IMG/VR virus record: IMGVR_UViG_3300027782_000035
Strand: one strand, 5' to 3'
Source of the DNA: a virus
DNA length: 64,000 nt
Numbering within the stretch: the first letter of the stretch is position 1; each line of letters begins with the position of its first letter. A program made the position numbers and the translations under genes. Below, piece after piece: positions 33,065-43,364 of this stretch. Under the pieces are notes generated by a model. It was not told the DNA's origin and ran no database searches. It worked only from the letters and a program-made list of their open reading frames with translations.

Positions 33065-33934
33065 TTAAAAGTCCTCTAATTCGTCAAGCAGCAATCTGCA
33101 TTTGTTCTTAATAAGATAATTCATAATAGAATTCTTATCACCTTTGGGCTGTTCCTCAAAGCTAGTCATTACTGCTGCCTTTACATCATCGGGGATATAC
33201 GTAAAATCCACTAGTGTGATGTTGCGGCGCCAGTTATGGCGTTCTTCATCAGTCTTACAACCAATAAAACCATTTTCAAAGAATTCATTAAGACGCTTAG
33301 AGCTCACTGGCTTTTGACGTTCGCCTTTCATAAAGACATCGCCATTAGACAAAATGTTAGGAATGCCATCACCAGCGTCACCTTTAACGATGTGCTCGAT
33401 AAGCCATTCCTTTAGCTCCTTCTTATTTACTACGATTTGCTTCTTAAGCATAGGGCTAAACTGCTTAACATTATCATATTCATGAAGCTGTTTAAAGTCT
33501 TTATCTGACGAGATGATCATTACAGGCTCGTGCTTGCCGAACTCTTGAGTCGATTCAGCAAGCACCGCAATAACGTCATCGGCTTCGCAGCGATCGACAT
33601 TAAGAACTCTATAAGGAAAGTGTTCCTTCAAATCATTACGGATTTCGGACAGCGTATCAAAAATGACATTCCAATCAAGGTCAGATTCTTCACGAGCTTT
33701 CTTGCGCATTCCCTTGTAGTTGGGAAAGTATTCCTTACGCCAATAGTTACGGCTATCACATGCGATAACCATTTCGCCAAATTCTTTGCCATACTTTTTC
33801 TTGTACGATTTGATTGATGAGAGTGCAACATGTCGGATAAGATCTTTCTTATCGCCTGGAGCATCCTTGCGAAGGTCTTTACTGAATGCAAGAATTGCTG
33901 CGACACACACCTGCGAATAATCTAGAAGAATCAT
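33065..33934 (-). CDS. rnh: T4-type RNase H (5'-3' exonuclease)
   Basis: ILLDYSQ, YWRK..FP.YK..RK, EADD.IA, SSDKDF.QL, KGD.GDGIPN. Confidence 0.95.
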   Translation of the reverse strand: MILLDYSQVCVAAILAFSKDLRKDAPGDKKDLIRHVALSSIKSYKKKYGKEFGEMVIACDSRNYWRKEYFPNYKGMRKKAREESDLDWNVIFDTLSEIRNDLKEHFPYRVLNVDRCEADDVIAVLAESTQEFGKHEPVMIISSDKDFKQLHEYDNVKQFSPMLKKQIVVNKKELKEWLIEHIVKGDAGDGIPNILSNGDVFMKGERQKPVSSKRLNEFFENGFIGCKTDEERHNWRRNITLVDFTYIPDDVKAAVMTSFEEQPKGDKNSIMNYLIKNKCRLLLDELEDF

Positions 33935-34276
33935 TTACTGCCATCCAATTTGGTTGTATACAATAACATAACAATTGCAAGCATAATCATATTGACTACG
34001 CTTTTCGTAGAGCGGAGTTGCACCGTTGTAAGGAGCCTGAGGTAGACTGTATACGCCAGGTTGCTGCATGACTATCGGAGGTTGTTGCACTACAACAGGA
34101 GGTTGCTGTATAACGACCGGACGATTTTGATTCATGGCATAGCCAATCACACCGCCGATTACAAGTGGAGCAACCCATCGGTTACCGCCACCGTGATGAT
34201 AACCGTGATTGTATCCATGCTGAGCAAAAGCTGGAGCAGCTAGCAATAGACTTAGTGATAAGAGAATCTTTTTCAT
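33935..34276 (-). CDS. Secreted Gly/Pro/Gln-rich protein
   Basis: Signal peptide; WVAP..IGGVIGY; (VVxQQPP)x3. Confidence 0.7.
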   Translation of the reverse strand: MKKILLSLSLLLAAPAFAQHGYNHGYHHGGGNRWVAPLVIGGVIGYAMNQNRPVVIQQPPVVVQQPPIVMQQPGVYSLPQAPYNGATPLYEKRSQYDYACNCYVIVYNQIGWQ

Positions 34277-34340
34277 GACAGTTTCCTTGAGTTTAGTTAA
34301 TTATATCAAATTAACGAATATTTGTACAGGGCTATGAATA

Positions 34341-35495
34341 TTAGAAAACTTTTAGAATGATACAATCCTCATTGATCCTGCCATTCACAGCAGATTCCTT
34401 GGTCTTTAAGTTCTTGAACTCGTTGGCAAGGTTGCGTTTAGTCATATCGGCGTAACCAGTAACCAGCTCAGGCTTACGCATAGTCTTGGAGCCTGAGGTA
34501 GCCACTTCATAATTAAGAATGGTTGTACCCTTGATCGACAGTTTTCCATCACCAACTGCACGATATACTTGCAGTTTCTTATATTTAGTATTATATAACC
34601 AAGTTTCGTTGGATCCTACGATATTGACAGGAGTAACAGACTTGAGCTTAAGTTCGACAAATTCCTTGAGGAACTTTACTTTTGCTGCTAGCACCGATGC
34701 AGGTTTTTCCTTACGAGCTCGAGGTTTGCGTGCAGCCTTAGAAGCAACCTTTTGTTGAGCACATGCATCAGAGATAGCTTTAACGATTGCAATTAGTTTC
34801 TTTACTTTTACCTTCTTAAGGTTAGAGTAACCCTCAACTAGTTGTTTATCTTCACCTTCGAGAAGTTCTTCTAGTTCGTTAAGAGTTTTTGTAAATGCAG
34901 TTGGAATGTGCTTAGACACTGCAGCACTAACATCATTAGATTTCAAGTAAGCTTCGAAGTCTGGCACAGTATCGTTTAAGATAAACTCGTCAATCAATCC
35001 ATTGAATTCGCCAATGTGTTCACTTGCAGATTCTTTGATACGATCTTGAACAGACACTAGAACCTTCTGAGGTTTTTCCTGAGGTTCACCTTTTAGTTGT
35101 GAATAAGCTCTACCTTCAGTGGAAAGACGTGCCATTTCTTCGAGACGCGCTGTGATAAATTCTTCGTCTTTAGTTTGCAAAGGCTGACCACGCTGTTTCA
35201 AGCGAATGACAGTGCCTACAGAACGGAATTCATAGTCTGACAGGTTTTCGTACTTTGCAGCATTTGCTTTGCCAACGTATGACAACACCCACTTGCGTTT
35301 GTCTTTGTTGTCGAACGCAGAGTTGTAATAGTTTAAAGCACGCATCAATGATGCGGTGTAATCAAGAGGATTAAGTGTTGGCTCGGTACTTCCCTTACCA
35401 GTCCCAAAGACTTGTTCCATCTGTACAGCCGTTTCACGGCGCTTTTGAGCTCGCTTTTCGCCAGCTGTCAGCTTTGGTTCTTTGACAATAGCCAT
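34341..35495 (-). CDS. Conserved T4-like hypothetical protein
   Basis: ALNYYN, YNTKYKKL, IKGTTI, NGRINED.IIL; own promoter. Confidence 0.75.
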   Translation of the reverse strand: MAIVKEPKLTAGEKRAQKRRETAVQMEQVFGTGKGSTEPTLNPLDYTASLMRALNYYNSAFDNKDKRKWVLSYVGKANAAKYENLSDYEFRSVGTVIRLKQRGQPLQTKDEEFITARLEEMARLSTEGRAYSQLKGEPQEKPQKVLVSVQDRIKESASEHIGEFNGLIDEFILNDTVPDFEAYLKSNDVSAAVSKHIPTAFTKTLNELEELLEGEDKQLVEGYSNLKKVKVKKLIAIVKAISDACAQQKVASKAARKPRARKEKPASVLAAKVKFLKEFVELKLKSVTPVNIVGSNETWLYNTKYKKLQVYRAVGDGKLSIKGTTILNYEVATSGSKTMRKPELVTGYADMTKRNLANEFKNLKTKESAVNGRINEDCIILKVF

Positions 35496-35565
35496 GTATT
35501 TCTCCAGTTTATGGGATAATTATATCAAATAGACGAATATTTGTACAGGGCTATTTTTGTAATAC

Positions 35566-35826
35566 TTAAGTACTACCATCTACGATAGTAGTGTAGAGTG
35601 CCTCGAACTCTTCGTGATCAGCCTGTTCGACGTGGAAGTTTTGTTTGTAGTAAACCTTCGCCATCTTATTTAAAGTGCGTTTAGGAAGCTTGAACTCATC
35701 GCTCATTTCCTTGATAGTTTCTTTGATAAGATCACGTTCGGCTGCAATGCGTGTCATTGAATCAGATACTTCACTAAGTAGTTTCTTGATTTTTTGACGA
35801 TCTGAAGGGGATGAAATTTGTGTCAT
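35566..35826 (-). CDS. dsbA: Double-stranded DNA-binding protein (T4 DsbA-like)
   Basis: E.SDS..RI.AE...IKE, NKMAK.YYKQNF, FE.LY. Confidence 0.75.
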   Translation of the reverse strand: MTQISSPSDRQKIKKLLSEVSDSMTRIAAERDLIKETIKEMSDEFKLPKRTLNKMAKVYYKQNFHVEQADHEEFEALYTTIVDGST

Positions 35827-36023
35827 GATTTAAAGCTCACTTTGCTTTCAAAAATAAGTCGTACTACGACAATTGCTGCCCATGTTTCGAGAGTGTATGG
35901 AATATTTAGAACAGGAAATAGTATGTTCAAACCCCAGATAATTAGGAATGGACCAAGTACTGCAACAAGTATTGCTAGCACTATTGCACTGCCAATAATT
36001 GTATTCTTTGCATTAGAATTCAT
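35823..36023 (-). CDS. Small membrane protein
   Basis: Two TM segments; IW.LN.LFP...IPY. Confidence 0.65.
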   Translation of the reverse strand: MNSNAKNTIIGSAIVLAILVAVLGPFLIIWGLNILFPVLNIPYTLETWAAIVVVRLIFESKVSFKS

Positions 36024-36333
36024 ATTCAATCCTTACAACATTTTCAGGGATAAAAGAACGCCACTCATTCTTATCAAGATCGAATGCTGCGATAGACTTA
36101 GTGCTTTCGCTTTCGCCTTTAGGATGAAATTCTTCAGGAATAAGTTCAGTGTTGCGAGTACACCTCATTGTACGAGAAGTTCCATCTTTCTTCGTGAAGT
36201 GTACTGTGGTGGGGTTACTGTCAGATAGAAGTCCCTTAAGCCAAGATGCGAATTCTGGATCTTTAAGAAATTCTTTTGTGTCTTCAGTTGACATAATGTT
36301 TATCCAGTCGGTGCCGGAATTAGATGTGATCAC
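36013..36333 (-). CDS. WYL_2/SH3-like fold protein
   Basis: V.FTKKDG..R.M.CT, FDL.KNEWRSF. Confidence 0.75.
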   Translation of the reverse strand: MITSNSGTDWINIMSTEDTKEFLKDPEFASWLKGLLSDSNPTTVHFTKKDGTSRTMRCTRNTELIPEEFHPKGESESTKSIAAFDLDKNEWRSFIPENVVRIEYEF

Positions 36334-36523
36334 GTGTTACCTCATTAATATAGTTGACAAATTGTGTAAGTTGATCCTTGGTTAGGAACATCTCGTTTTT
36401 TGAAGAGCTAAACCCTTTTGTTTCTTCCAAAAAGATTTTCTCAAGAATGAACTGAAACGTATCATCGTTTACTTTAATAACATCAACTTTCATTCTATAG
36501 AAATCATTAAAGTCAATGATCAT
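36320..36523 (-). CDS. Hypothetical protein
   Basis: Coupled ORF. Confidence 0.55.
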   Translation of the reverse strand: MIIDFNDFYRMKVDVIKVNDDTFQFILEKIFLEETKGFSSSKNEMFLTKDQLTQFVNYINEVTRDHI

Positions 36524-36747
36524 GTGAAATCCCTTACGACATTCACTTTGATGATTTGTTGATCGCCAGCATATGCTTTTGCTGAGGACTCCTTAGGGAA
36601 GACCTTAACAACTACATGCGACATATCATTTTCAAATTCAGAGAGAATCATGTATCCCTTCTGAAGACCTTTTGTCAAGGTTGTTGTTACCTCATCGGTG
36701 GCTGTAAATTTAGCTTTTAGCAACGCTGGTACCTGCCTTTCTATCAT
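36520..36747 (-). CDS. Hypothetical protein
   Basis: Follows the promoter at 36779-36807. Confidence 0.55.
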   Translation of the reverse strand: MIERQVPALLKAKFTATDEVTTTLTKGLQKGYMILSEFENDMSHVVVKVFPKESSAKAYAGDQQIIKVNVVRDFT

Positions 36748-36817
36748 AATAAAATAACTCCAATTAGTTAATGATATAATTTTATATAAAATACGAATAT
36801 TTGTACACCGAAATATT

Positions 36818-37720
36818 CTAAAGTATTCTAACTCCTATGCCAGTTATAGTATCTTCTTTAAAGATTTCTACAAAGTCTTTCGCCGTTATAGGAGAAGTAG
36901 TCTTTATCTTGTGAGATTCTCCACTTGGTTGTGGCATTTCAGCTGGCGCTTCTTGAACTTCTATTGGATCTTTTTTATTATATGAAAGTGTTTGATTTAC
37001 AGCAACGAACATCAATACGGCAAGTGGATCAAACACAAACACTATGAGAAGAATCATAAGCCTGACGGCTTTTTCTAATATTGCGGCGTCAGGGTTATCT
37101 TCATATATTAACGCTGCGATGTATTTGATCGGACCGACTTCGGCTTCGACTTTACGGAGTTCGACTGCAATTGGGGCTTTCTCGTCGTTAAGGGCTGCGA
37201 TGGCTTTTTGGGCTGTGGCGATCTCTTCGACGATACGGGTTCTCTCACGGGCTTGACCTCTTCTAATTGAGGCTGAACGATCGGCTCCTGCTTCACTGGT
37301 ACTTCGATCGAGGGCCGCGTTAACTTGTGAATCCAGTTGAGAAATTGTCTTACGAGCTGCATGTATGTTCTCCTTTTGAATATTGATTTTTTCGTCGATG
37401 ATTGCAACCTTTGCTACAACATCACCACTTGTTACACCTTGATCTAAATGTGCTTTAGACAAGAAACCAAATATACCCATGCTTGTTAATAGCATGAGAA
37501 TTGCGATCGCACTTACGAAGTAAGTTTTTAGTAATATCGTAGTGCGATACCAATTTTGATACAGCCATGACGTAACTACGATCTTAGATAGACCTAGTAC
37601 TCCGCCCATGATTGCGATTGAATAAGGTGCGCCTGAGAAGATTGCCATCAATCCCATGATGGCATAATACTCTGCAATTGCTGAGAGTGATAGCGCGCTA
37701 AAGAATAGTAGATATGTCAT
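36818..37720 (-). CDS. Multi-TM coiled-coil membrane protein
   Basis: LTSMGIFGFLSKAH, EAEVGPIKYIA, IVFVFDPLA. Confidence 0.8.
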   Translation of the reverse strand: MTYLLFFSALSLSAIAEYYAIMGLMAIFSGAPYSIAIMGGVLGLSKIVVTSWLYQNWYRTTILLKTYFVSAIAILMLLTSMGIFGFLSKAHLDQGVTSGDVVAKVAIIDEKINIQKENIHAARKTISQLDSQVNAALDRSTSEAGADRSASIRRGQARERTRIVEEIATAQKAIAALNDEKAPIAVELRKVEAEVGPIKYIAALIYEDNPDAAILEKAVRLMILLIVFVFDPLAVLMFVAVNQTLSYNKKDPIEVQEAPAEMPQPSGESHKIKTTSPITAKDFVEIFKEDTITGIGVRIL

Positions 37721-38115
37721 AACTTTACGTGTGTCCTGTGTATTTTGCATTGTATGATGCCATTATACCACAAATCTGGAAATTCTAGCACTCTGCGTGA
37801 AAATTGCTCACGTGCTTCCAGATATGACATAGTGCCTTTGTTAGCACACAAATATAGAATCTCTCGAGTGAAGTTCTCTTCACCAAGATTAATGACATCA
37901 TTCTTCAGTTGTTCTGAAGATGACCAATATGTTTGCCAATCGGAAAGAGCTTTTTCTTTTTTCTTTTTGCCCTTAACTGTTCTAGTCTTGGAGAACCAAA
38001 AAAGTTTCTTTCCAATGTACTGTCTATTATTTAGTTTATTAGTGATTAGATAAACATAGCCTATGTTTTTGTCTATATCACTTTCAGTAAATTCTTTATT
38101 TTGATAGATCCACAT
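37717..38115 (-). CDS. GIY-YIG family nuclease-like protein
   Basis: GYVYLITN....QYIGKK; late promoter at 38145-38152. Confidence 0.75.
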   Translation of the reverse strand: MWIYQNKEFTESDIDKNIGYVYLITNKLNNRQYIGKKLFWFSKTRTVKGKKKKEKALSDWQTYWSSSEQLKNDVINLGEENFTREILYLCANKGTMSYLEAREQFSRRVLEFPDLWYNGIIQCKIHRTHVKL

Positions 38116-38404
38116 TTATACCATTACTAATTCCTGTAATAGTATATTTATAATCAGATCCTGCAACGAAGTTATAGGTACCTTCAGAAGGCGTACTACC
38201 ACAAGTTATTGTGAATGGCGGCTCCCAATATGGCTTTGTTGTAACTGGCGAATACTCTTTGATCTTATAGTAGTCTGGTCTTAGATCAGGCCACGGAGCT
38301 GGAGTTTTATCTTCTTGATTCTGTGTATCAGAAACGCCAGTTTTAATTTCTTCGTATGTTCCATCGTCATAGTAGATTGTTACCTTATTGATCTTCTTCG
38401 ACAT
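38096..38404 (-). CDS. Hypothetical protein
   Basis: GAGGAG SD before MSKKINK. Confidence 0.55.
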   Translation of the reverse strand: MSKKINKVTIYYDDGTYEEIKTGVSDTQNQEDKTPAPWPDLRPDYYKIKEYSPVTTKPYWEPPFTITCGSTPSEGTYNFVAGSDYKYTITGISNGINVDLSK

Positions 38405-38546
38405 CTTCGTACTCCTCTTCTTCAAAAATATCACTTCCACAGAAAGGACAATACGCTACATCAGATGTTCTAAATTGATCATCAGCTTTAAACGTAATCT
38501 TACCGTGGGCTCCACAATTATCGCAATCAAAGTGTTTTAGTGCCAT
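38385..38546 (-). CDS. Small zinc-ribbon protein (53 aa, not in ORF track)
   Basis: CDNC...YCPFCG and acidic tail; TAATG-coupled to nrdB. Confidence 0.7.
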   Translation of the reverse strand: MALKHFDCDNCGAHGKITFKADDQFRTSDVAYCPFCGSDIFEEEEYEDVEEDQ

Positions 38547-39535
38547 TATGCTGCTCTCCCCCAAACGTCATTCCATGATCCCCCTAGAGCTCCTTTAGCG
38601 TAATCAGTTACGCGGTTCTCAAAGAAGTTACCATGAATTGGTGCATTAATCATTTCCTCTACCCAAGGTAGAGGATTCTTTTTCACTTTGAAGATACCCT
38701 TCATTCCAAGACCGATTAGACGACGATCAGCAATATAACGAATATAGTGCTTAACATCTTCCTTTGTCAGATCTTGCATAGGACCCATAGCAAATGCTAG
38801 ATCAATGAAATTGTCTTCTAGTTCGACCATCTTCTCAGCAATAGTATATATCTTGCCTTTCAACGAGTCATTCCAGATCTCTGGATTCTCCTTGATATAC
38901 TCTTTAAAGAGTTTAATCATAGATTCAGTATGTTGAGTTTCATCTACAATAGACCAAGTTACGATCTGGCCCATACCTTTCATCTTGCCATGACGAGGAA
39001 AGTTTAATAGCATAATGAATGAACTGAACAGTTGCATACCTTCAGTAAATGCTGAGAATACTGCGATATGTGTTGCAGTAGATTCTACGGTTGTATTTTT
39101 AGAAGAGATGTCCATGATGTAATCATGTTTGTCTTTCATTTCCTGATACGCAAGGAATTCGTTGTATGTAGTATCAGGTAAGCCAAGTGTTTCAATGAGG
39201 TGAGAGTATGCTGCAATGTGAAGTGCTTCACGTGCTGCAAATCCTAATAGCATCATTCTTACTTCAGGCTGAGGGAAGTAAGGTAGATAATTACGTACAT
39301 AACCACCAGCTACGTCGATGTCACCTTGTGTAAAGAAGCGGAAGATGTGTGTAAGAAACTTCTTTTCTTCGCTAGTTAGTTTCTTTTTCCAGTCTTTAAC
39401 ATCTTCTGCCATTGGAACTTCAGTGTGAAGCCAATGACTTTGTTCATGCTTTAACCATGCATCATATGCCCACGGATAGTTAAATGGTTTGAACGTATTA
39501 CGTTCTGATAATAGATTACTTTTTTCTCTAGCCAT
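38546..39535 (-). CDS. nrdB: Ribonucleotide reductase class Ia beta subunit
   Basis: FFTQGD, EALH..AY, EGMQLFSSF, DE..H, NFFE. Confidence 0.95.
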   Translation of the reverse strand: MAREKSNLLSERNTFKPFNYPWAYDAWLKHEQSHWLHTEVPMAEDVKDWKKKLTSEEKKFLTHIFRFFTQGDIDVAGGYVRNYLPYFPQPEVRMMLLGFAAREALHIAAYSHLIETLGLPDTTYNEFLAYQEMKDKHDYIMDISSKNTTVESTATHIAVFSAFTEGMQLFSSFIMLLNFPRHGKMKGMGQIVTWSIVDETQHTESMIKLFKEYIKENPEIWNDSLKGKIYTIAEKMVELEDNFIDLAFAMGPMQDLTKEDVKHYIRYIADRRLIGLGMKGIFKVKKNPLPWVEEMINAPIHGNFFENRVTDYAKGALGGSWNDVWGRAA

Positions 39536-39854
39536 TTATAATCTCTCTTGATTGTTTTTGAGCGTCATTCATAATCTCTCTTAATTCTTTTCGTGTGCCA
39601 TTTATAAACTCCCTCAATTGTTCTTGTGTTAAAGATCCAGTAATTCTTCTTGTTTCAGTCGACTCGGCGTTACGGCCTGACATCATTATGAGTGTAGGAA
39701 CAGTTCTTATATTAAACTGCTTTGCCATCTCTATGTTGTCATCTATGTCAATTTCGATAAACTCAGTATCAAGATCGTTAGTATTCTTAACAACTTCCGA
39801 AAGAGATTTACATGGTGCGCACCATGATGCTTGAAATTTGTATACGATTTTCAT
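39528..39854 (-). CDS. Thioredoxin
   Basis: WCAPCK, IRTVPT. Confidence 0.9.
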   Translation of the reverse strand: MKIVYKFQASWCAPCKSLSEVVKNTNDLDTEFIEIDIDDNIEMAKQFNIRTVPTLIMMSGRNAESTETRRITGSLTQEQLREFINGTRKELREIMNDAQKQSREIING

Positions 39855-40046
39855 TTACCAGTTCCTTATAGTGTTGGCTATAATAAAGAAACATGTGATA
39901 ACATGTATTATAACCCAAAATGTTTTTAGTGCCAAAGCTACGTGAGCTTCTTTAAGAGTAAGGATAGGAACATCTGGTCTATCCTTATCATCTTGTCCCA
40001 TTAGATGGCCAGTAGCTCTGGCCCATATTTTCCAGTATTTCATCAT
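39855..40046 (-). CDS. Small membrane protein
   Basis: W.IWA.A.G...TCFFIIAN. Confidence 0.6.
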   Translation of the reverse strand: MMKYWKIWARATGHLMGQDDKDRPDVPILTLKEAHVALALKTFWVIIHVITCFFIIANTIRNW

Positions 40047-41851
40047 CCCTCACATGCAATACAATCGTTGCCTTGGGCGATTGCCGCTAGATCAAGCTCT
40101 TTGATGATTTCTCTTTCCACTTTTCTTGCAACCTTATCGGCCTTGCCGATCTTTTCAGAACGGCAGTAATATAGTGTCTTGAGCTTTTTCTTCCATGCTA
40201 AGAAATGAACACTATGAATATATTTGATGTGCGAGTCTGGTCGAAAGAATATATTAATAGACTGAGCTTGATCTATATATTGTTGTCTATCAGCAGCATG
40301 TTCAATGACCCAGCGCTGATCAATTTCCATAGAAGTCTTAAACACTTCCTTAGTATGCTCATCCATCCAATCTAAGTGTTGAACACTACCATCATTGGCG
40401 ATAATTGAAGACCAGATATCATTGTAATCATTTTGTGATATTGTTCCACTATCGCTAGACAAGTGATTCTGAATAACTTTATCAAGCCAACGATTCTTGT
40501 TTAGGTGAGAACCCGAAAGAGTATCTTGCCTATAAGCATTGGCGCGATAAGGTTCAACGCTAGGACTAGTGTTGCCCATAAGAATGGAAGAAGAAGCATT
40601 GGGAGCAATAGCCATAAGATGACTAAACCTATTCCCAGTACCCACTGCATCAGGCGCTTCACCTCTTTCCAATCCCAACTGCTTGTTCGCTTCATCTAAC
40701 TTCTCTCTTATATTTTTGAATATTCTATTATTCAAAGATTTTGCTACCACTGATTCCCATGCGATGTTATTCTTTTGCAGTAGTGCATGCCAGCCCAAAG
40801 CACCGATACCAATGCTGCGCTCACAACTGGCAGAATACTTTGCACGCTTAATAGCGGAAGGAGCATTATCAATAAAATACTGAAGAACATTATCAAGCAT
40901 TTCAGCAATATCACGCAAAAATAGAGGATGGTCTTTCCATTCATCGTAATACTCTAAATTTAGAGATGACAGACAACATACTGCAGTACGCTTTTCGTTT
41001 GTTGGAAGAATAATTTCAGAACAAAGATTTGACTGGTGAATCTTTAATCCTTTGTCCTTAAGCCATTGCGGAAGTTTTCTGTTAGACTCATCGATGAAAT
41101 GAATGTATGGTTCACCTGTCATCATTCGCAATTCTAGTATCTGTTGCCATAAGTGTTTAGCTGATACAACTTCACGCACTTCATTACTTGCTGGATCAAT
41201 AAGTTGCCAATCGTCATTAGCATCAGGATCGATCATGCACTTTTCAATAATTTCCATGAATCGATCTGGAATATTAACGCCATGATGAAGATTCAGAGTA
41301 CGCATGTTTTGATCGCCTGTTGGCTTACGCATTTCTAAAAAGTTGATGATGTCTGGGTGATCAATAGACAGATAAGCAGCATAACTGCCACGACGGGTGC
41401 GACCCTGACGGTATGCCAAACTAGATGCGTCATACATTTTGAGGTGAGGCATAACGCCAGTACTTTTATCGTCAGCCGAACGAATACCAAAGCCAATCCC
41501 AACACCACCGCCCAACATACTAAGCCAATTTGTTTCAGATAGATTATCAACTAGACCCTCCGCAGTATCTTCAATAAAGTTGAGAAAACATGAGATAGGT
41601 AAGCCACGCTTACTGCGCCCATAACTAAGAATAGGAGTGCTATAAGATAACCAATGTTTACTGCTATACTCATATAGACGCAGAGCGTGAGCCCCATCGG
41701 TTCCGAAAGTCGATGAAACATATGCAAACCTTTCTTGAGGCGAAACCTCTTCATCCTTCATATAAGATTCTTTTAATCTAATTCTACCCAATTCATCAAA
41801 TAGATTATCACGTGTATAATCCACCTTGATGCCGTGTACAACGTCATCCAT
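40043..41851 (-). CDS. nrdA: Ribonucleotide reductase class Ia alpha subunit
   Basis: PISCF, SNLCSEI, VCCLSS, APNASSS, TLYY, C-terminal CIACEG. Confidence 0.95.
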   Translation of the reverse strand: MDDVVHGIKVDYTRDNLFDELGRIRLKESYMKDEEVSPQERFAYVSSTFGTDGAHALRLYEYSSKHWLSYSTPILSYGRSKRGLPISCFLNFIEDTAEGLVDNLSETNWLSMLGGGVGIGFGIRSADDKSTGVMPHLKMYDASSLAYRQGRTRRGSYAAYLSIDHPDIINFLEMRKPTGDQNMRTLNLHHGVNIPDRFMEIIEKCMIDPDANDDWQLIDPASNEVREVVSAKHLWQQILELRMMTGEPYIHFIDESNRKLPQWLKDKGLKIHQSNLCSEIILPTNEKRTAVCCLSSLNLEYYDEWKDHPLFLRDIAEMLDNVLQYFIDNAPSAIKRAKYSASCERSIGIGALGWHALLQKNNIAWESVVAKSLNNRIFKNIREKLDEANKQLGLERGEAPDAVGTGNRFSHLMAIAPNASSSILMGNTSPSVEPYRANAYRQDTLSGSHLNKNRWLDKVIQNHLSSDSGTISQNDYNDIWSSIIANDGSVQHLDWMDEHTKEVFKTSMEIDQRWVIEHAADRQQYIDQAQSINIFFRPDSHIKYIHSVHFLAWKKKLKTLYYCRSEKIGKADKVARKVEREIIKELDLAAIAQGNDCIACEG

Positions 41852-41862
41852 ATTTCTTTCCC

Positions 41863-42570
41863 TTATTGTGTTATATAATTATTGGCTAGAGGAAATACTT
41901 CCGCGATAACCTTAGCACATTCTAGTGCAACGAGTCTGTGTTCTTTTTGTGTGCCATTACCTGAGCGTAGTTGGATAAAGTGTATCCACGATCTCAGTGT
42001 ACCATTCATATATAGGCGACTTACCGTGTTACCTTCCGGTAATACAGCTCTAGCCTGTTCTTTAGCTATGCCATTATCAATTGCCCATTGATAAGCATTC
42101 TTTGCTTCTTCAATGACTCGCTTTTGCATGTTTTCCCATTGATAAGCAACAAATCTATCCTTATCTGTTTCTAAATTAAAGTCTACGCTGTTCTGTCGAT
42201 TCTTGCTATCTTGGTAACGTGGCTCTCTTAGTACGAAATTCAGATCCTTGGTAGGATCTGCGTATCGTTGAGAGAATTCTTGAAAGGAAAAGCTGCGATG
42301 ACGTAGCATCTGCCGTGCAATGTCTCGAGTAGTTTCTATCTCGAGACATGCTGAAACCATTTCGAGTGGAGACCAGTGTTGATGCTTAACCAAATAATTG
42401 ATTAGCTTTTCTGATGTTTCTGTGTTGAATTGATTCGAAGGATTAGACACTCTAGCACAAAAAGCAATAAGTTCTTGCACATCATAAAGACCTTCAGATA
42501 TCAATTCTTTAGAAGGTTTAGAAAAAGAAATTAATTTAACTTGCACCGTATCTCCGTTTAATATAGTCAC
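41863..42570 (-). CDS. thyX: Flavin-dependent thymidylate synthase
   Basis: HWSPLE, RHRSFSFQEFSQRY. Confidence 0.95.
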   Translation of the reverse strand: MTILNGDTVQVKLISFSKPSKELISEGLYDVQELIAFCARVSNPSNQFNTETSEKLINYLVKHQHWSPLEMVSACLEIETTRDIARQMLRHRSFSFQEFSQRYADPTKDLNFVLREPRYQDSKNRQNSVDFNLETDKDRFVAYQWENMQKRVIEEAKNAYQWAIDNGIAKEQARAVLPEGNTVSRLYMNGTLRSWIHFIQLRSGNGTQKEHRLVALECAKVIAEVFPLANNYITQ

Positions 42571-42610
42571 CTGGTTGATTATATATTAAACGCGTGATCT
42601 AGTACAATTT

Positions 42611-42940
42611 TTATTTTAAAATTCTATCTAACAAATTTATATGTGACAATAGATAACCAATTGCTATAGCGCCGCCTACGATCATCCATTTCCAACGCTC
42701 TAAAAGATCTACACGATCATTGATCGCATCAATTTTTTTCGACATTGCAGCATGTTGATCTGCGTCACTACGTGCTAAAGCATCAATTTTATTGTCAATA
42801 TGGTCTGTAATCTCGCGCGTCGTGGTAGTTACACGCGAGTGTAGTTCTTTGATGTCTTGCTTTACAGCGGCAACATCTTCTTTAACGCCTTCTACGTGTG
42901 CTTCCATTTTAGCAATTCTTTCTGACAATTCCATAATCAT
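42611..42940 (-). CDS. Coiled-coil protein with C-terminal TM (XhlA-like)
   Basis: Heptad repeats; LERWKWMIVGGA. Confidence 0.65.
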   Translation of the reverse strand: MIMELSERIAKMEAHVEGVKEDVAAVKQDIKELHSRVTTTTREITDHIDNKIDALARSDADQHAAMSKKIDAINDRVDLLERWKWMIVGGAIAIGYLLSHINLLDRILK

Positions 42941-43146
42941 TACTTCTTATCTGGAACTTTCGTTCCTTCTAATTTATTATGGACTTTCATTTCCTTGCAA
43001 TTCTGCTTTACGTTGCCCTTGGCATCTTTAACAGGTTTGCCCTCTTTGTCTTTAACATCAACGCAAACTTTTGTTTTTTCAGCATCAGCATAAACTGCTG
43101 TTGACATACCAAACAATAAAGCGATGGATAATACTACTGATTTCAT
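42940..43146 (-). CDS. Small secreted protein
   Basis: Signal peptide; two Cys. Confidence 0.6.
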   Translation of the reverse strand: MKSVVLSIALLFGMSTAVYADAEKTKVCVDVKDKEGKPVKDAKGNVKQNCKEMKVHNKLEGTKVPDKK

Positions 43147-43148
43147 TT

Positions 43149-43364
43149 TTATTCCTTTTTAGTGAATTTTTCGGATGCTGTAAAACCTAAGCCCGCTATT
43201 ACAATGTACATCATCGAATCAAAAATCTTTGAATCTATTGGGTGGCCATATACCATAGCAATGTACCCACCACCACACAATAAAAATGCGAGAAGCGTGA
43301 CTACTCTTTTGCTAGAAACGGTATTGTTAGTACCATCTGATAACACACTTAATATGAAATTCAT
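43149..43364 (-). CDS. Holin-like 2-TM protein
   Basis: SSKRV, two TM helices, basic C-terminus; lysis context. Confidence 0.55.
   Translation of the reverse strand: MNFILSVLSDGTNNTVSSKRVVTLLAFLLCGGGYIAMVYGHPIDSKIFDSMMYIVIAGLGFTASEKFTKKE

Noticed and set aside
38546-42570. Introns or inteins in nrdA, nrdB or thyX
   Set aside because: The ORFs are continuous and of normal length.
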